This document shows positions 47,403 through 57,713 of a stretch of DNA of 64,000 nucleotides, piece by piece (position 1 is the stretch's first letter; each line of letters opens with the position of its first letter). A program made the translations under genes and the position numbers. This stretch comes from an uncultured virus (IMG/VR IMGVR_UViG_2744054492_000006) (lineage: Duplodnaviria; Heunggongvirae; Uroviricota; Caudoviricetes). The stretch lies in IMG/VR virus record IMGVR_UViG_2744054492_000006; one strand, 5' to 3'. The notes under the pieces are model-generated. The model saw nothing but the letters and a program-made list of their open reading frames with translations, did not search any database and was not told the origin of the DNA.

Positions 47403-47630
47403 TCAATCAGCACACGACTTATCGCGTTCATAGTCTTGCAGTTGCTTTCGTTTCATGCGGTTGTCCAAAACTCGGTTCCACACCATGAAGAACGCAGCAA
47501 CCACAGTCAGGATAATGAGCAGTGCCTGAAAGAACGGCTCTAGGAAGTTGGCCCAGTTTTGGGCTATCCAAGCTGCTAGAAAGGTCAGTGCTGTGCCTGT
47601 CTCTGATTTCTGCATCTTAGCCTCATTCAA
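47403..47630 (-). CDS. Putative holin
   Basis: 75 aa, TM helices and basic C-terminus, after endolysin. Confidence 0.6.
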   Translation of the reverse strand: MNEAKMQKSETGTALTFLAAWIAQNWANFLEPFFQALLIILTVVAAFFMVWNRVLDNRMKRKQLQDYERDKSCAD

Positions 47631-47684
47631 GGATATGGATCTTCTGGTGAGTAAACTGTGGTCACAACTCCAAACTAGAACGCC

Positions 47685-48323
47685 TTAAGCTTCGTTAGTC
47701 GAGACAGCGCCCTCACGCTGCACAAACGCCTGTTCTCCCTGCACGGGATAGCTGTTCGGCCACCGGATATCCAAGAGCCGCCGCTTTGAGACTTTCGTGA
47801 TTGTGACTGCGTTGGACTGGTTCCCACCAAGCACGTGATAGTGACCTGCACTTTCGGAGACATAAAACCCGACATGCCCTTTCCAGCCGCGAGGACTTCC
47901 ACGCCAGAACACGAGGATGGAACCTGGTACTGGTTTATCTAAACGCCTGCCGTATTTAGCCCATTGGCGAGATCCTAAAGGGTTGGTGGGCTGGGTATCA
48001 GATACAAGGCTCATGCAATGGGCAACGAACAGGCCGCACCATGGGGTTTCATCGGTTTGGTAGGAGATACCTAATTTGCTCGCCCAGCCCATGATCCTTG
48101 GATTGTGCGTTGGTCCCGAGATCTCCTTGGTTCCCAGCAGTCGACGCGCCTCAACCAACCATGGTGGCTCACTGCTTTTGATCGCCTTGATTTTGGAGCT
48201 AAGCCAATCCTGATAAGCAGCTTCAGATAGCCTGCCCCAATCTCCATCGGGCTTGCCGGGATTGAACCCGAGATCCTGCAGCATTTCCTGAGATTCAAAG
48301 TCTGGTATCCGTCCCATGATCAC
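47685..48323 (-). CDS. TIGR02594-family NlpC/P60 endolysin with N-terminal PG-binding segment
   Basis: LGF.PG..DG.WG, DETPWCGLFV, GHVGF and VLGGNQSNAV motifs. Confidence 0.9.
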   Translation of the reverse strand: MIMGRIPDFESQEMLQDLGFNPGKPDGDWGRLSEAAYQDWLSSKIKAIKSSEPPWLVEARRLLGTKEISGPTHNPRIMGWASKLGISYQTDETPWCGLFVAHCMSLVSDTQPTNPLGSRQWAKYGRRLDKPVPGSILVFWRGSPRGWKGHVGFYVSESAGHYHVLGGNQSNAVTITKVSKRRLLDIRWPNSYPVQGEQAFVQREGAVSTNEA

Positions 48324-48328
48324 CTCAC

Positions 48329-48351
48329 AAAAAAGGCTCCCTATGGGAGCC
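48329..48351 (-). terminator. Hairpin + U-tract between fibre and endolysin
   Basis: AAAAAAGGCTCCC-TAT-GGGAGCC. Confidence 0.6.
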
Positions 48352-48393
48352 GTAGCTGCGCATATCGCGCTGTTTCAGAAAGAGATTTTTTGA

Positions 48394-49752
48394 TTAATTG
48401 GCTACGCGATAAACAATCACATCAAACCCACCAGACAGACCGCTTATGCTTCCCGCGCTGTTCAGCCTCAAACCGTTGAGCGAAAAGCTCGCCTTGGATT
48501 TGACGTTCATCCCAACAATGTTGATGTAACTCAAGTTACCTTGTGTGGTTCTTTGACCGACCACCTGAACGACATAACTTGTATCTGGCTGAGGTGTTCC
48601 GAAGGTGTAGGTAGCTCCAGAGCGAGTAAGATTAAAGGACGCATCGTCCCCGATGTTGGAGTACAGCGCCACGACCTGAGGCTTACCTACCAGCGTATTC
48701 AATTTCGCAGAGTTTAGTTTGGGATCTGTGACAGCCTTGCTCTTTAGCTTGCCAGTACTCACTGAGCTGTCAGTCAAGTCATTCATGCCAACTTTTGATG
48801 AGGTTGCAAGCGCTCCCAAACCTAGATTGGATCGAGCTGCTGACTTACTCGCAACATCACCAAGGTTATTTGCCTTATTGAGAAAATCGCTTGTGTCTGG
48901 TGTCGCCAAGATCCAATCACTGTCATCCTCTGAATAGACCTTCATCTTCTTCTCGACAGAGTGAAAGCAAAGCATACCGTCTTTGAGTGGACCACCTTGA
49001 TTGTCGGTAGATGGATTCACATTGAACGAACCAAGATAGAGCTTGTTGAACCGCTGGAACGCTAACTCGGAAGCCTGCTCGACTGCGGCCTCAAGGTTGC
49101 TCAATGCCTCCTCAGCAGCTTGCTTTGCTGTTTGAGCCTGATTACGAGCAGCTATTGCAGCTTGCTTTGCTGCCAGCACCACCGCCTCGACATTAGCCGG
49201 GTTGAGAAGCACGTATCCATCCTGCCCCGGAAACACCGCGACCATTGCTGGGTAACCAGCTTGCAGATCATCTTCGCTCAGCTCATTACCAAGGCCGTTG
49301 CGAACTGACTTTTCGACGCCCTCAACCGTGATTGTTACAGCGCTAGTATTATTGTGTGCAGGCACAAAGAACGCCAACTCAACCGCTGACAAACTGACGC
49401 CCAAACGAAGCTCAGCGGTAATCGCGTTACCGGTCCCCCCGATATTGACCAGTCTCGTGATACTGTCGGCAAGGTCGCGCACATAGTTCCAAGTGTTACC
49501 GAGCCACTGGTAGTAACCACTCAAAGCTTGGTTTGGATCTCCACCCACAATAGCCGGGGTGTAATCCGGCTTATTAGTGACCGTATCCAACTCAGCTTTG
49601 GTTTTTACAATCACTGCACCAAGCGCTGCGGCGATTTCCATTTGCCCCAGGTAAGCAATGATTTCTTCTTTTTTGGGCTTGTGCGGATCTGTGCTTTCAA
49701 GTCCGAGAGTCTCACGCGCACGCCAGACGAATTCCTTGGTAAGGAAGTTCAT
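48394..49752 (-). CDS. Tail fibre / receptor-binding protein
   Basis: Coiled-coil, LYLG...NP.TDNQG and NNLGDV..AARSNLGLG fibre motifs; last tail gene. Confidence 0.75.
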   Translation of the reverse strand: MNFLTKEFVWRARETLGLESTDPHKPKKEEIIAYLGQMEIAAALGAVIVKTKAELDTVTNKPDYTPAIVGGDPNQALSGYYQWLGNTWNYVRDLADSITRLVNIGGTGNAITAELRLGVSLSAVELAFFVPAHNNTSAVTITVEGVEKSVRNGLGNELSEDDLQAGYPAMVAVFPGQDGYVLLNPANVEAVVLAAKQAAIAARNQAQTAKQAAEEALSNLEAAVEQASELAFQRFNKLYLGSFNVNPSTDNQGGPLKDGMLCFHSVEKKMKVYSEDDSDWILATPDTSDFLNKANNLGDVASKSAARSNLGLGALATSSKVGMNDLTDSSVSTGKLKSKAVTDPKLNSAKLNTLVGKPQVVALYSNIGDDASFNLTRSGATYTFGTPQPDTSYVVQVVGQRTTQGNLSYINIVGMNVKSKASFSLNGLRLNSAGSISGLSGGFDVIVYRVAN

Positions 49753-49776
49753 TGCCAACTCCATTTTGAGAGGAAA

Positions 49777-51585
49777 TTAAACCGCAGCTATAAGAACAGT
49801 TGAGCTAGACCAATCGCTATTTTGCCCAAAAACAGAGCGTGTGCGCATGCGGAAGCGATATTCAACACCCGATGTGAGGCTGTCGGTTTCAATGGTCTCT
49901 TCACCATCATTGGCCTGCGCATACTTGGCAGCACCACCGCTGGTTTTCACATATTCCAGCTCATAGGTGAGCGCCTCGGAGAGCCGTGTAAAACTTGCTT
50001 CCGCGATAGTACTTTGCCCCTGCTGCTGCATTTGAATTGAGAAGCTATCAACACTCGGGATTGCCTCAGATGCAATACGCTTGGGAGGATCACCTTTTTC
50101 GCCCTCATCTTCAGGCTCATAGGCAAACGGGTCTCGCGGAATAACCATCGCCTCGAACACATGCTGGAACGTATCCAGATCCAGAGTGGGAGTACCGTCT
50201 AACTCAAGATAAGCATCGATAAGATGTGGTGGATCACTGATCTTGATGAACCTTCTTAAAGGCACCTCTTGGGATGCGAAGTAGTCGCATTTCACACGCA
50301 CACGAGGTGAATTCACCCGAATAGCTTTAAGCGCTTGCAAGCGCCGCATGTGATTATGGCGCTGCACGCAATCATTATCGACAGTACGCGACTTGGGATC
50401 GTCTTCCTGAACATATGGATCGCCTTCAATGACTGCATCATCTTCAACATAGTGAAGCTCAGGATTGACCCAGAGACCACGCACCGCCTTGACGCTGGAG
50501 GCTGCATTGCGGTTTGGCAAGAACTCAATATCAACGATATCATCTGTTTTCAGGTGAATATCAGGCTCGACCCATTCCCCAGCATGAACGGCAACCTTTC
50601 CATCTGCATCGGTATATAGAAGCAGCTCGCCTGCCTCATCAAGCATCCGGCCAACCTGAGTTGGATCGTTGTTTTCGCGGCCACGGAAACCGCCATGATA
50701 ACGCGGCTCCATATCACCTTTGATGTTCTCAACCTGCTGATCGCAAACGTCCGCAGCATAAGCCCAACTATCAAGATTGATCTGCGAGATCTTCAAAGCA
50801 TTTCCATAAGGGGCAAGAAGATAGTCAAGCCGTATGAGAGCAAGGTTTTCGCTAAATCTGACCTGCCCATCTCTGGGATCGAAAATCTTCTTTCCGCGAA
50901 TGGTAGAGGATAGTGTTGGGTAGCCATGCGGGTAAACCGTTCGATGACGCCGGGCACTCACGCTCTTACACACCATCAAAACACTGGCGATATTGTCGCC
51001 GCGATGATCATCACTCCAGATATCATCGAACTTGTCCACCAGCTGCGAATAAGGAACACCGACCTGCGTCCCAACGCGCTCAATAAGCATCACCTTGGCA
51101 TCACCACCAAGACGATAATACTTGGATGCCTCCTCATCATTACTCAGCGACTTGGTGACATTGCCATCTGCATCAATCTCTACAGGATCATCACTCAGGA
51201 AGTGCGCGACAAAGCCATCAATCTCATGGGACGCATAGGCAATCACCATATAAGCCGTACCGCTGCGCTCTTCCAAAAACGTCATGTCGCCTGCAATACG
51301 CACAGTGCCATATTGATAGGACCGCGATGGCACATTTTGCTTTTGCACCACCTTGCCATCAGCTGCACTTGGAATAGGTGCAGCATTGTCTTTTCTCTGC
51401 TGACTGCCAAGCAGGGCATTCACACCCAGCCCAATACCAGCGGAAAGGCCAACTCCAATAATCCCAACACCAATTGAGGACACCGCAGCCCCCGCAAGGA
51501 TCGCTTGCGTTGCAACAGAGGCCCCAACGAAGGCCGCGCCATTTGACAGAACAAACGCAACAGCAAAAGCAGCAGTAGCAGGCAT
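49777..51585 (-). CDS. Tail tip / host-specificity protein with C-terminal FN3-like domain
   Basis: YGTVRIAG, IRGKKIFDPR, NLAL..LDYL and AADVCD motifs. Confidence 0.85.
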   Translation of the reverse strand: MPATAAFAVAFVLSNGAAFVGASVATQAILAGAAVSSIGVGIIGVGLSAGIGLGVNALLGSQQRKDNAAPIPSAADGKVVQKQNVPSRSYQYGTVRIAGDMTFLEERSGTAYMVIAYASHEIDGFVAHFLSDDPVEIDADGNVTKSLSNDEEASKYYRLGGDAKVMLIERVGTQVGVPYSQLVDKFDDIWSDDHRGDNIASVLMVCKSVSARRHRTVYPHGYPTLSSTIRGKKIFDPRDGQVRFSENLALIRLDYLLAPYGNALKISQINLDSWAYAADVCDQQVENIKGDMEPRYHGGFRGRENNDPTQVGRMLDEAGELLLYTDADGKVAVHAGEWVEPDIHLKTDDIVDIEFLPNRNAASSVKAVRGLWVNPELHYVEDDAVIEGDPYVQEDDPKSRTVDNDCVQRHNHMRRLQALKAIRVNSPRVRVKCDYFASQEVPLRRFIKISDPPHLIDAYLELDGTPTLDLDTFQHVFEAMVIPRDPFAYEPEDEGEKGDPPKRIASEAIPSVDSFSIQMQQQGQSTIAEASFTRLSEALTYELEYVKTSGGAAKYAQANDGEETIETDSLTSGVEYRFRMRTRSVFGQNSDWSSSTVLIAAV

Positions 51586-51989
51586 CAGACACTCCAGATT
51601 TTAAGAGCAGGCGCGTGAATAGCTTCAAAGCCCGAGTTCCAGTGAACTTGCCAGTGCTCACCATCCCAGATCGCACCCCACTGCCTGAGAGGGGAATGAA
51701 GGCTGCCGATCACGCCAATATCGCCAGTCTTTCTGGTTTGAACCTCATTCAGGCCCGCAATATCTGCACACCTGCCAACCAGCTCTAAAGCACCGCCAGC
51801 TTCAATAATCAGCTGTTTCATCTGCTTTTCTGTTGAGTAAGTGCCGCGCAAATGAACGGCCCCATCAGGGTATCCATTGGCACTCACCCAATCAGCAAGA
51901 ACGAGGCAACAGTCAGCCGTGCCCGGATCAAAAGACAAGCTTTGCCGATCTGCCAGCCAAGCCTCCAAAAGACTTATGATCGCGGCCAT
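51585..51989 (-). CDS. Tail-tip NlpC-like protein (DUF6950-like)
   Basis: F..G..DC...ADWV...G and GDIG motifs. Confidence 0.7.
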   Translation of the reverse strand: MAAIISLLEAWLADRQSLSFDPGTADCCLVLADWVSANGYPDGAVHLRGTYSTEKQMKQLIIEAGGALELVGRCADIAGLNEVQTRKTGDIGVIGSLHSPLRQWGAIWDGEHWQVHWNSGFEAIHAPALKIWSV

Positions 51990-52561
51990 GGGATTGTCTG
52001 CTCACTCATCAAGGTAATGCGCTCACACGACAAGTCAGGCGGTAGATCTGGATTGACCTTGAGCGAATAAGCTCGTTGATCAGAATCCGACAGCACTGCG
52101 TTGCGCCGTGATTTACGAGCATGAAAAGCATTGCCCACGACCAAGGTCACATTATGCAGAATTTGAGGCTTGTCTCGATCATTCACCGCCCGCTTGCGGA
52201 ACTTCAGGTCGATCACCTCGCCCGTGAACTTGACGATTGCTCCTGGAGGCAAAGGCTGGAAATATTGATCACAACTCTGGAGCAGGATTTGCACCTTTGA
52301 GCCGATGACATCACTCTCCTGCGTCTCCTCATAGGCCAGATCGGCAATTTGCTGATCGACACCGGATAGCCCCATGTCCATCGTGGTCGCCTCACCAGAA
52401 AACGCATATTGGATCGTTGTTAAGGCAGAGGCCGGAAGCACCCCGGCAGGTCGCCAGTGATTTCCATCCCTATCAACGTAAGGATGAGAGCCAAACCAGA
52501 AGCGAGCTGTTCCAGTCGGAAAATGCATCGCCACAAGGATCATGATGCTTCGAAAGGTCAT
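51974..52561 (-). CDS. Minor tail (hub) protein
   Basis: RFW.G, LSGV and SD.DQR motifs; synteny. Confidence 0.7.
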   Translation of the reverse strand: MTFRSIMILVAMHFPTGTARFWFGSHPYVDRDGNHWRPAGVLPASALTTIQYAFSGEATTMDMGLSGVDQQIADLAYEETQESDVIGSKVQILLQSCDQYFQPLPPGAIVKFTGEVIDLKFRKRAVNDRDKPQILHNVTLVVGNAFHARKSRRNAVLSDSDQRAYSLKVNPDLPPDLSCERITLMSEQTIPWPRS

Positions 52562-53271
52562 GGAGCAGACGCCTCATCCCAATAGTCAATAGCCTCGACA
52601 AAGTGCACGCTCTTTCTGGTAAAGCTTGAGCTACCGAAGTTCAGATCCAACTCACTGTCACTGGCAAGCTTCATGAGGCAGCTCGGCTCTGCCACATTCA
52701 GCAGTGCACCCGCCGGGATCTTTGCTCGTACAGCCGGGAAAATAGGTACCCGCACCACATTACCTTCAGCCTCAATAATCGGCCCAGTGTTATAGAGCGC
52801 ATGCAAATAACTGAAATAGATCCCGGACAGCCTCAACCCACTTTGCAGTCCGCGAAGCTTAAGCACTGTTGCCCCTAAATATGCCTCTTCTTCCAACTGC
52901 ACAAAAGCAGGTTCACTCTCATAGGAAGTTCCATCGCTGAACTCCGTTCCATCGGCATGAGGCACATAGGACCGCGCCTGCTTTGCAAGTTTTTGTACCC
53001 GTGAAGTCACATGAGAAACAGAAACGATCACAAGTCCCACTTGCCCTTGCAAGGCGACCTCAATCCCGTTCCAAGCTTCTTCTTGGCGCAGATCGCGCCT
53101 GCGCAACACGATATTGGGGATGACAGCTCTCCAGAAACCCAAGTCCGTCCGTGTAACCAACTCACGCCCACCAAGTGTCATCCCACCAGTGTTGGTAGTT
53201 GGTCGTTTTCTGAAGGTTGTCTTTCCTTGGCTGGGAAGCAGAGAATGGGGCCAATGGATCACATTAGTCAC
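52558..53271 (-). CDS. Distal tail protein (GTG start, MTNVIHWP)
   Basis: Follows TMP; L.G, H.DG..FSDG..Y and P..R motifs. Confidence 0.7.
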   Translation of the reverse strand: MTNVIHWPHSLLPSQGKTTFRKRPTTNTGGMTLGGRELVTRTDLGFWRAVIPNIVLRRRDLRQEEAWNGIEVALQGQVGLVIVSVSHVTSRVQKLAKQARSYVPHADGTEFSDGTSYESEPAFVQLEEEAYLGATVLKLRGLQSGLRLSGIYFSYLHALYNTGPIIEAEGNVVRVPIFPAVRAKIPAGALLNVAEPSCLMKLASDSELDLNFGSSSFTRKSVHFVEAIDYWDEASAP

Positions 53272-55510
53272 GGAAGCCACCTCCCCGTTCCTGCTCATAC
53301 ATACTGAAGTCACCGACAGTATATTCACGGCTATTTTGGGTCGCCGCTTCAATGATCATAGGTGCCGCTTCCTTGACCACGTTTCCGGACACACTCTCAA
53401 TCCGAGCTTCCAGATCAGGGGTAACTTCAAGGATCACGCGAGAAACCATCTCACCGCCCCCACCGCTAGATTGAGGAAGCTTGTGGAACGGAGTGATTGT
53501 TGCCGGACCTTCGATCAGCTCAGGAACACCGCCCTCACCCGCAATCCCCCATTTACCAGCCCCTAGGTTGCCCCCTTCGGCAAAAAAACCACCAAAGCTG
53601 GAGAGCAAGGTTGAAATGATCCCAACAATGTTGCCGCCACCACCAACTGAGCTGGTCATGCTGGACACAGAAGACTGCAGCAGCATCTTGGCAATCCCCT
53701 TGCCCATATTCCCAAGCACATCAACAAACCGCTCACCTTCAAAGATGACATCTGTTAGTGAGTTGGTGATGGATTGATTGACGCTTGCCATCATGCGGCT
53801 TTGCCGCGTCTGTTCTTCAATCTTACCTGTTAACTGGGAGACCGATTTTGACCGTGCCTCAATCTCTTCGCGAAGTGTCAGTCCGGTTTTCACAGAACGC
53901 TCATCGAGATCCAAACCTTGCTGCTTTGCCATATCAAGCAGCTTGTATTTTGTGGTGAGCGCTGCGACTTCCTCACGTGTACGGCCAAGCATCTCAATTC
54001 GGCGCTCAAGAGCCGTGACCTCCTGATCACCCATCCCAAGAACATCCGGCCCCTTGTTGGCCGCAGGTCGTAAAGCCTCCTGAAGCCGAGCCTGTTCGCG
54101 AGCCATGCGGATGTACTCTTCGCGCTCTTTAGCAAGCTGAGTTCCACCTGTTGGCCCGACCTGCTGTGCAAGCGGATTGACAGTGCGATCAAATTCCAGA
54201 GCGGCCAAAGCGCCAGCCCGAGACACCGGATCATCTTTGTATTTTAAGCGTACCTGAGCATCTTCCAGCGAAGTCAAACCATTGCGTTTCATGGCCTCCA
54301 TCGCATCCGCTGCACGGCTGATTTCATTGGCCATTGTGGTGGCATCAGCTGATAGACCTTTAAGCTCCACCCCATCAGTGGCCGTTTTCAAACGCTTAGT
54401 TGTGCTGACCGACTGGCGAGCAATGCTTTCCACCCGCGCCAGTTCCTTGCCTACCTCTGCCAGCTTCTCATCAGGAAGCTTAGTCAGAATCTCACGCATT
54501 TTTGCAAGCGCTTCAGAGACGCGCTCCATATTCCCGCTTGCTCTTGCATCTTCAAGAGCAGCCATTTCAGTAGCCCAGATTTTCACGAGATCTGAGGAAG
54601 CTTCCAACTCTTGGTTGAGATCTTTAAGTGTGTTCTCGACACCTTCAAGCCCGATAGCATCAATTGATCGGGACTGACTGAGAGGATCACTCAGCTGCGC
54701 AATGCGATGTTGAATAGCCTGATACTTCTTAAGCTTGAGATCCAGCTCAGCAAACGCATTGTTCCCACCCAGAAAATCATCAAAGAAGGTGTCCAGAGCC
54801 GTATCAGTTTTTGTCTGTGCAGCCTTGGAATCCAGCTCTGCTAACGCAGCCACCAGATTGAGTACAGCGCTTGTAACCTCGCCGTACTTGTCTCTGATGT
54901 TCTCCAATCCATTCTTTGAGTAGTCAGCAATGGAACTATTAGCTCTTGAGATCGCACTCTCAGCTTCATTGAACGCCTTGGTGAAGGCATCAACTTTCTT
55001 GCTGGCGCCTTCTGCATTGTCGCCCATGCTCAAGAGGACACCTGCAAGAGGGAAACCAATCCCTGCAATCACACCCAGAACAGGCATTAACAAGCCGACA
55101 GTACCGGTCAAAGCTCCAAAACCAGCAATCAGCTGCGGGATCTGCTGCCCCATAACCCGCATAGGGTCAGTGCCCATCTCGAACTGCACCGCCATATCAG
55201 CAACCTGATTTGACGTGTTCTGGATTGCGAAGCGGCTACCTTTGGAGACGTTAAGGAAGCCCTGCATCTCCTTACCAGCACCTTGAGAGGCTTTCCCGAT
55301 CTTGCCAAAGTTATCGTTCATCCCGCCAGCAGATGCCTGAAGTTTCGCGAATTTCTGTTGCGTTTGCTCCAGTTGCTTCTGAAGCTTTTTGTTCTCCGCA
55401 GCCATCCGATTAGATGACTTAACCGCAGCAGCCGCGGAACGAGACATCTGATCGTGGAACTTCTTATAGGTGACCTCAAGAGGGATAGTCAGGCCAGAAT
55501 TCTTTCCCAT
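53264..55510 (-). CDS. Tail tape measure protein
   Basis: QNTSNQVADMAVQ..GT.PM..QQ.PQL lambda-type N-terminal motif; C-terminal GFFAEGG..GIAGE. Confidence 0.9.
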   Translation of the reverse strand: MGKNSGLTIPLEVTYKKFHDQMSRSAAAAVKSSNRMAAENKKLQKQLEQTQQKFAKLQASAGGMNDNFGKIGKASQGAGKEMQGFLNVSKGSRFAIQNTSNQVADMAVQFEMGTDPMRVMGQQIPQLIAGFGALTGTVGLLMPVLGVIAGIGFPLAGVLLSMGDNAEGASKKVDAFTKAFNEAESAISRANSSIADYSKNGLENIRDKYGEVTSAVLNLVAALAELDSKAAQTKTDTALDTFFDDFLGGNNAFAELDLKLKKYQAIQHRIAQLSDPLSQSRSIDAIGLEGVENTLKDLNQELEASSDLVKIWATEMAALEDARASGNMERVSEALAKMREILTKLPDEKLAEVGKELARVESIARQSVSTTKRLKTATDGVELKGLSADATTMANEISRAADAMEAMKRNGLTSLEDAQVRLKYKDDPVSRAGALAALEFDRTVNPLAQQVGPTGGTQLAKEREEYIRMAREQARLQEALRPAANKGPDVLGMGDQEVTALERRIEMLGRTREEVAALTTKYKLLDMAKQQGLDLDERSVKTGLTLREEIEARSKSVSQLTGKIEEQTRQSRMMASVNQSITNSLTDVIFEGERFVDVLGNMGKGIAKMLLQSSVSSMTSSVGGGGNIVGIISTLLSSFGGFFAEGGNLGAGKWGIAGEGGVPELIEGPATITPFHKLPQSSGGGGEMVSRVILEVTPDLEARIESVSGNVVKEAAPMIIEAATQNSREYTVGDFSMYEQERGGGFRD

Positions 55511-55513
55511 CAA

Positions 55514-55741
55514 TCAAAACCCTTCAATGCCCAGTTCCCGAAGCTCTTCATCTGAAAATTCACCGCTGGGGTTCCCAGATTTGCCACCATGGACCTCATT
55601 GTAACCCTCTACGCAGGCCACATATTCCCACAGGCTCATCTGATCGATTTCTCGTGGAGTGAAGCCTATTGCGGCTCCTCGTTTGTAAAACTTGGAGAAC
55701 TGCCAGAGTTCTCCTGTTGCCTCACCCCTGCCTGCTCCCCC
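55514..55741 (-). CDS. Tail chaperone -1 frameshift extension
   Basis: G GGG GAG slippery site; -1 frame reads ..WQFSKFYKRGAAIGFTPREIDQMSLWEYVACVEGY..LRELGIEGF and stops just before TMP. Confidence 0.7.
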   Translation of the reverse strand, partial: GGAGRGEATGELWQFSKFYKRGAAIGFTPREIDQMSLWEYVACVEGYNEVHGGKSGNPSGEFSDEELRELGIEGF

Positions 55742-56052
55742 ACGGGATCATCATCCTCGCCCACGAGTGCATTGGTCAGGATCTCAATCGCAACAGGTTT
55801 GAACTCCAACACCCCATGCATTTCAAACAGATGCAGAACCATGGGCCCCGCCTCTTTGTTTGGCATCCCAGCACCGATCAAGCCTTGGCGAATGGTCTCA
55901 ATCAGATCGTCAATAAACCAAGTCCCTGTCGTGATGCGCAGGAGGATGACTTCAGGGCCAGCATTGCAGTTCTTCTGCAACGCACGAAGCTGACCGATGT
56001 TCAGCACAAACTCGTGCTGACCACCGATCCATTCAATGTTTTTGGCTTCCAT
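55666..56052 (-). CDS. Tail assembly chaperone (GTA gp10-like)
   Basis: W.GG.H.F.L.IG.LR.LQ..C.AGP and ETIRQGLIGAG motifs. Confidence 0.82.
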   Translation of the reverse strand: MEAKNIEWIGGQHEFVLNIGQLRALQKNCNAGPEVILLRITTGTWFIDDLIETIRQGLIGAGMPNKEAGPMVLHLFEMHGVLEFKPVAIEILTNALVGEDDDPVGEQAGVRQQENSGSSPSFTNEEPQ

Positions 56053-56061
56053 AGATCAGGC

Positions 56062-56508
56062 TCAGGCTTTGTTTTCGATTTCAGGAGTGCCGACCATATT
56101 GATCTCAATAGTTTTCGTAACGCGCCCCTTACCATCAGAACGCGCCTGAGAGAGCTGAGACAAAATTGCAGGAGCCTTCTCCCATTCAGGATCGCCAGAT
56201 GCCGCTTTTTTGTTCCCAAGACGTACCGGAAGCTGTTTTGCAGAATAAAACCAGTTCATCATCTTGCCGTGAGACTCCTGCGCCCAGGTTCCTTCTGCCG
56301 AAACAGAAACCTTCACAGAACGCACATCACTCAAGATCTCATTAGGCTTGCTCTCATCATCGCAATCCACGACCTCGGTCTCATCAACATTCGCCTGCCG
56401 CTGGATCGTAACACCCTTAAGGCCGCAAACTCTGGCGTAGTTACCATCTTCCGCAAAATCGACCTCAAGGACCATCTCCTCAAAACGCTCTGTTGTCGGC
56501 TTAGTCAT
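56062..56508 (-). CDS. Major tail tube protein
   Basis: CGL..DCDDE..VSAEG pattern. Confidence 0.85.
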   Translation of the reverse strand: MTKPTTERFEEMVLEVDFAEDGNYARVCGLKGVTIQRQANVDETEVVDCDDESKPNEILSDVRSVKVSVSAEGTWAQESHGKMMNWFYSAKQLPVRLGNKKAASGDPEWEKAPAILSQLSQARSDGKGRVTKTIEINMVGTPEIENKA

Positions 56509-56523
56509 GACAAACCTCCTTCG

Positions 56524-56949
56524 CTAGTGAACTTGGATTTCGAATGTGAACTGCAAAATTCCGTGCGTTACGCCCTCTTCTGGATCTGGAACAATCCGCT
56601 GAAGCTCTAGCTCGGTGAGCACGTTGCCAAAGGAAGGAAGAGGAAGCTCAGCACCGCTGAGTACATTGCGCACCGCTCGCAAAATCTGCTTTGCATGCAC
56701 TCTGCCGGGTTTCTTTGACCAGCAATCAATTTGAAGTGTGATTTCTTCTATGGTGAAGCAGTCGTGATGATCCTCAGATTCATCTTCAGGGCCAAGGCTC
56801 ACATAACCTTGCTGATCCCCCCAAGGCGCTCCATCAGAGGAAGCTTTAGTGCTGTCATAAACACCGTGCACCACCTCCATGAGCGCAGCGTCTCCCGTCA
56901 AAGCAGCAATCACTGCCTGCTGAAGCTCCAGATCTGGATTAGCCATCAT
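56524..56949 (-). CDS. DUF3168 tail completion protein
   Basis: LQQAV..AL, YVSLG, QIDCWS and HG motifs. Confidence 0.85.
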   Translation of the reverse strand: MMANPDLELQQAVIAALTGDAALMEVVHGVYDSTKASSDGAPWGDQQGYVSLGPEDESEDHHDCFTIEEITLQIDCWSKKPGRVHAKQILRAVRNVLSGAELPLPSFGNVLTELELQRIVPDPEEGVTHGILQFTFEIQVH

Positions 56950-57382
56950 TCAGAACCTTGATTGCCTTGTTGATGCGACGGGTAATCAGTGACTTCGCCG
57001 CCCGACGCTGTGAGCGGTAAACGGGATAGAAAAATGGATTGGCTTTGCGATCTTTGGTTCCGAACTCTTGGATCAAAGCATTTTGGAATTTGATGCCGCG
57101 CTTGTTGGTGACCATTGTGCTGGCGTTGCCTGCATAAATCACAATGCGAAGACCGCGCTCAGATGATTTCACTTTCCCAACCACCATGGCACCTTCAGGT
57201 GGTTTACCCCACGTCCAACCGATACTTGCAAGCAGTTCGCCCTCATCTTTGGGAACCAGCAGGCGCATGTACTGGACGATACGCTCTGCCCCTTCCTCCA
57301 TAGCTTGCCGAGCAGCGTTCTTGACGGCATCCGGCAAGATTTTGCGCATGAACTGCCGAAACTCTTGCTCACCTTTAACCAT
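56939..57382 (-). CDS. HK97 gp10-like neck protein
   Basis: P.D.G.L..SI and EFGT...ANPFFYP motifs. Confidence 0.85.
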   Translation of the reverse strand: MVKGEQEFRQFMRKILPDAVKNAARQAMEEGAERIVQYMRLLVPKDEGELLASIGWTWGKPPEGAMVVGKVKSSERGLRIVIYAGNASTMVTNKRGIKFQNALIQEFGTKDRKANPFFYPVYRSQRRAAKSLITRRINKAIKVLNDG

Positions 57383-57713
57383 CGATATCACCGCTTTCAC
57401 AGGTCAGTTCAAAATAGAGCTGGTCATCTGTCGGGATCTTGCTGCGAATTGCGTAGATGGTACCTGAGAGAAGATCTTTCATACGCCAACTGGTTTGGAT
57501 CGCCTCAGTATCTGGAGAGCGCCAGATAGTGACCACAGTCGGCTGAATACCTTCAAGGCGAGCACCAATCACGCGCTCCCCACCGCGAAGAAACTTAAAG
57601 TGTGCTCGTTCTTCAAAACGAGGTTCGTAATCAGAGACATGGTTGCCGTAACCATCAGACTTTGACACCAAAGCCTCAAAGGCAACGACCTCCCGCATTG
57701 GTTTGCTAGTCAT
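57375..57713 (-). CDS. Head-tail adaptor / head closure protein
   Basis: DGYG, GGE.V...RL.G and WR motifs. Confidence 0.82.
   Translation of the reverse strand: MTSKPMREVVAFEALVSKSDGYGNHVSDYEPRFEERAHFKFLRGGERVIGARLEGIQPTVVTIWRSPDTEAIQTSWRMKDLLSGTIYAIRSKIPTDDQLYFELTCESGDIDG

Noticed and set aside
55669..56610. 313-aa plus-strand ORF
   Set aside because: Antisense to conserved tail genes; composition is typical of a shadow frame.
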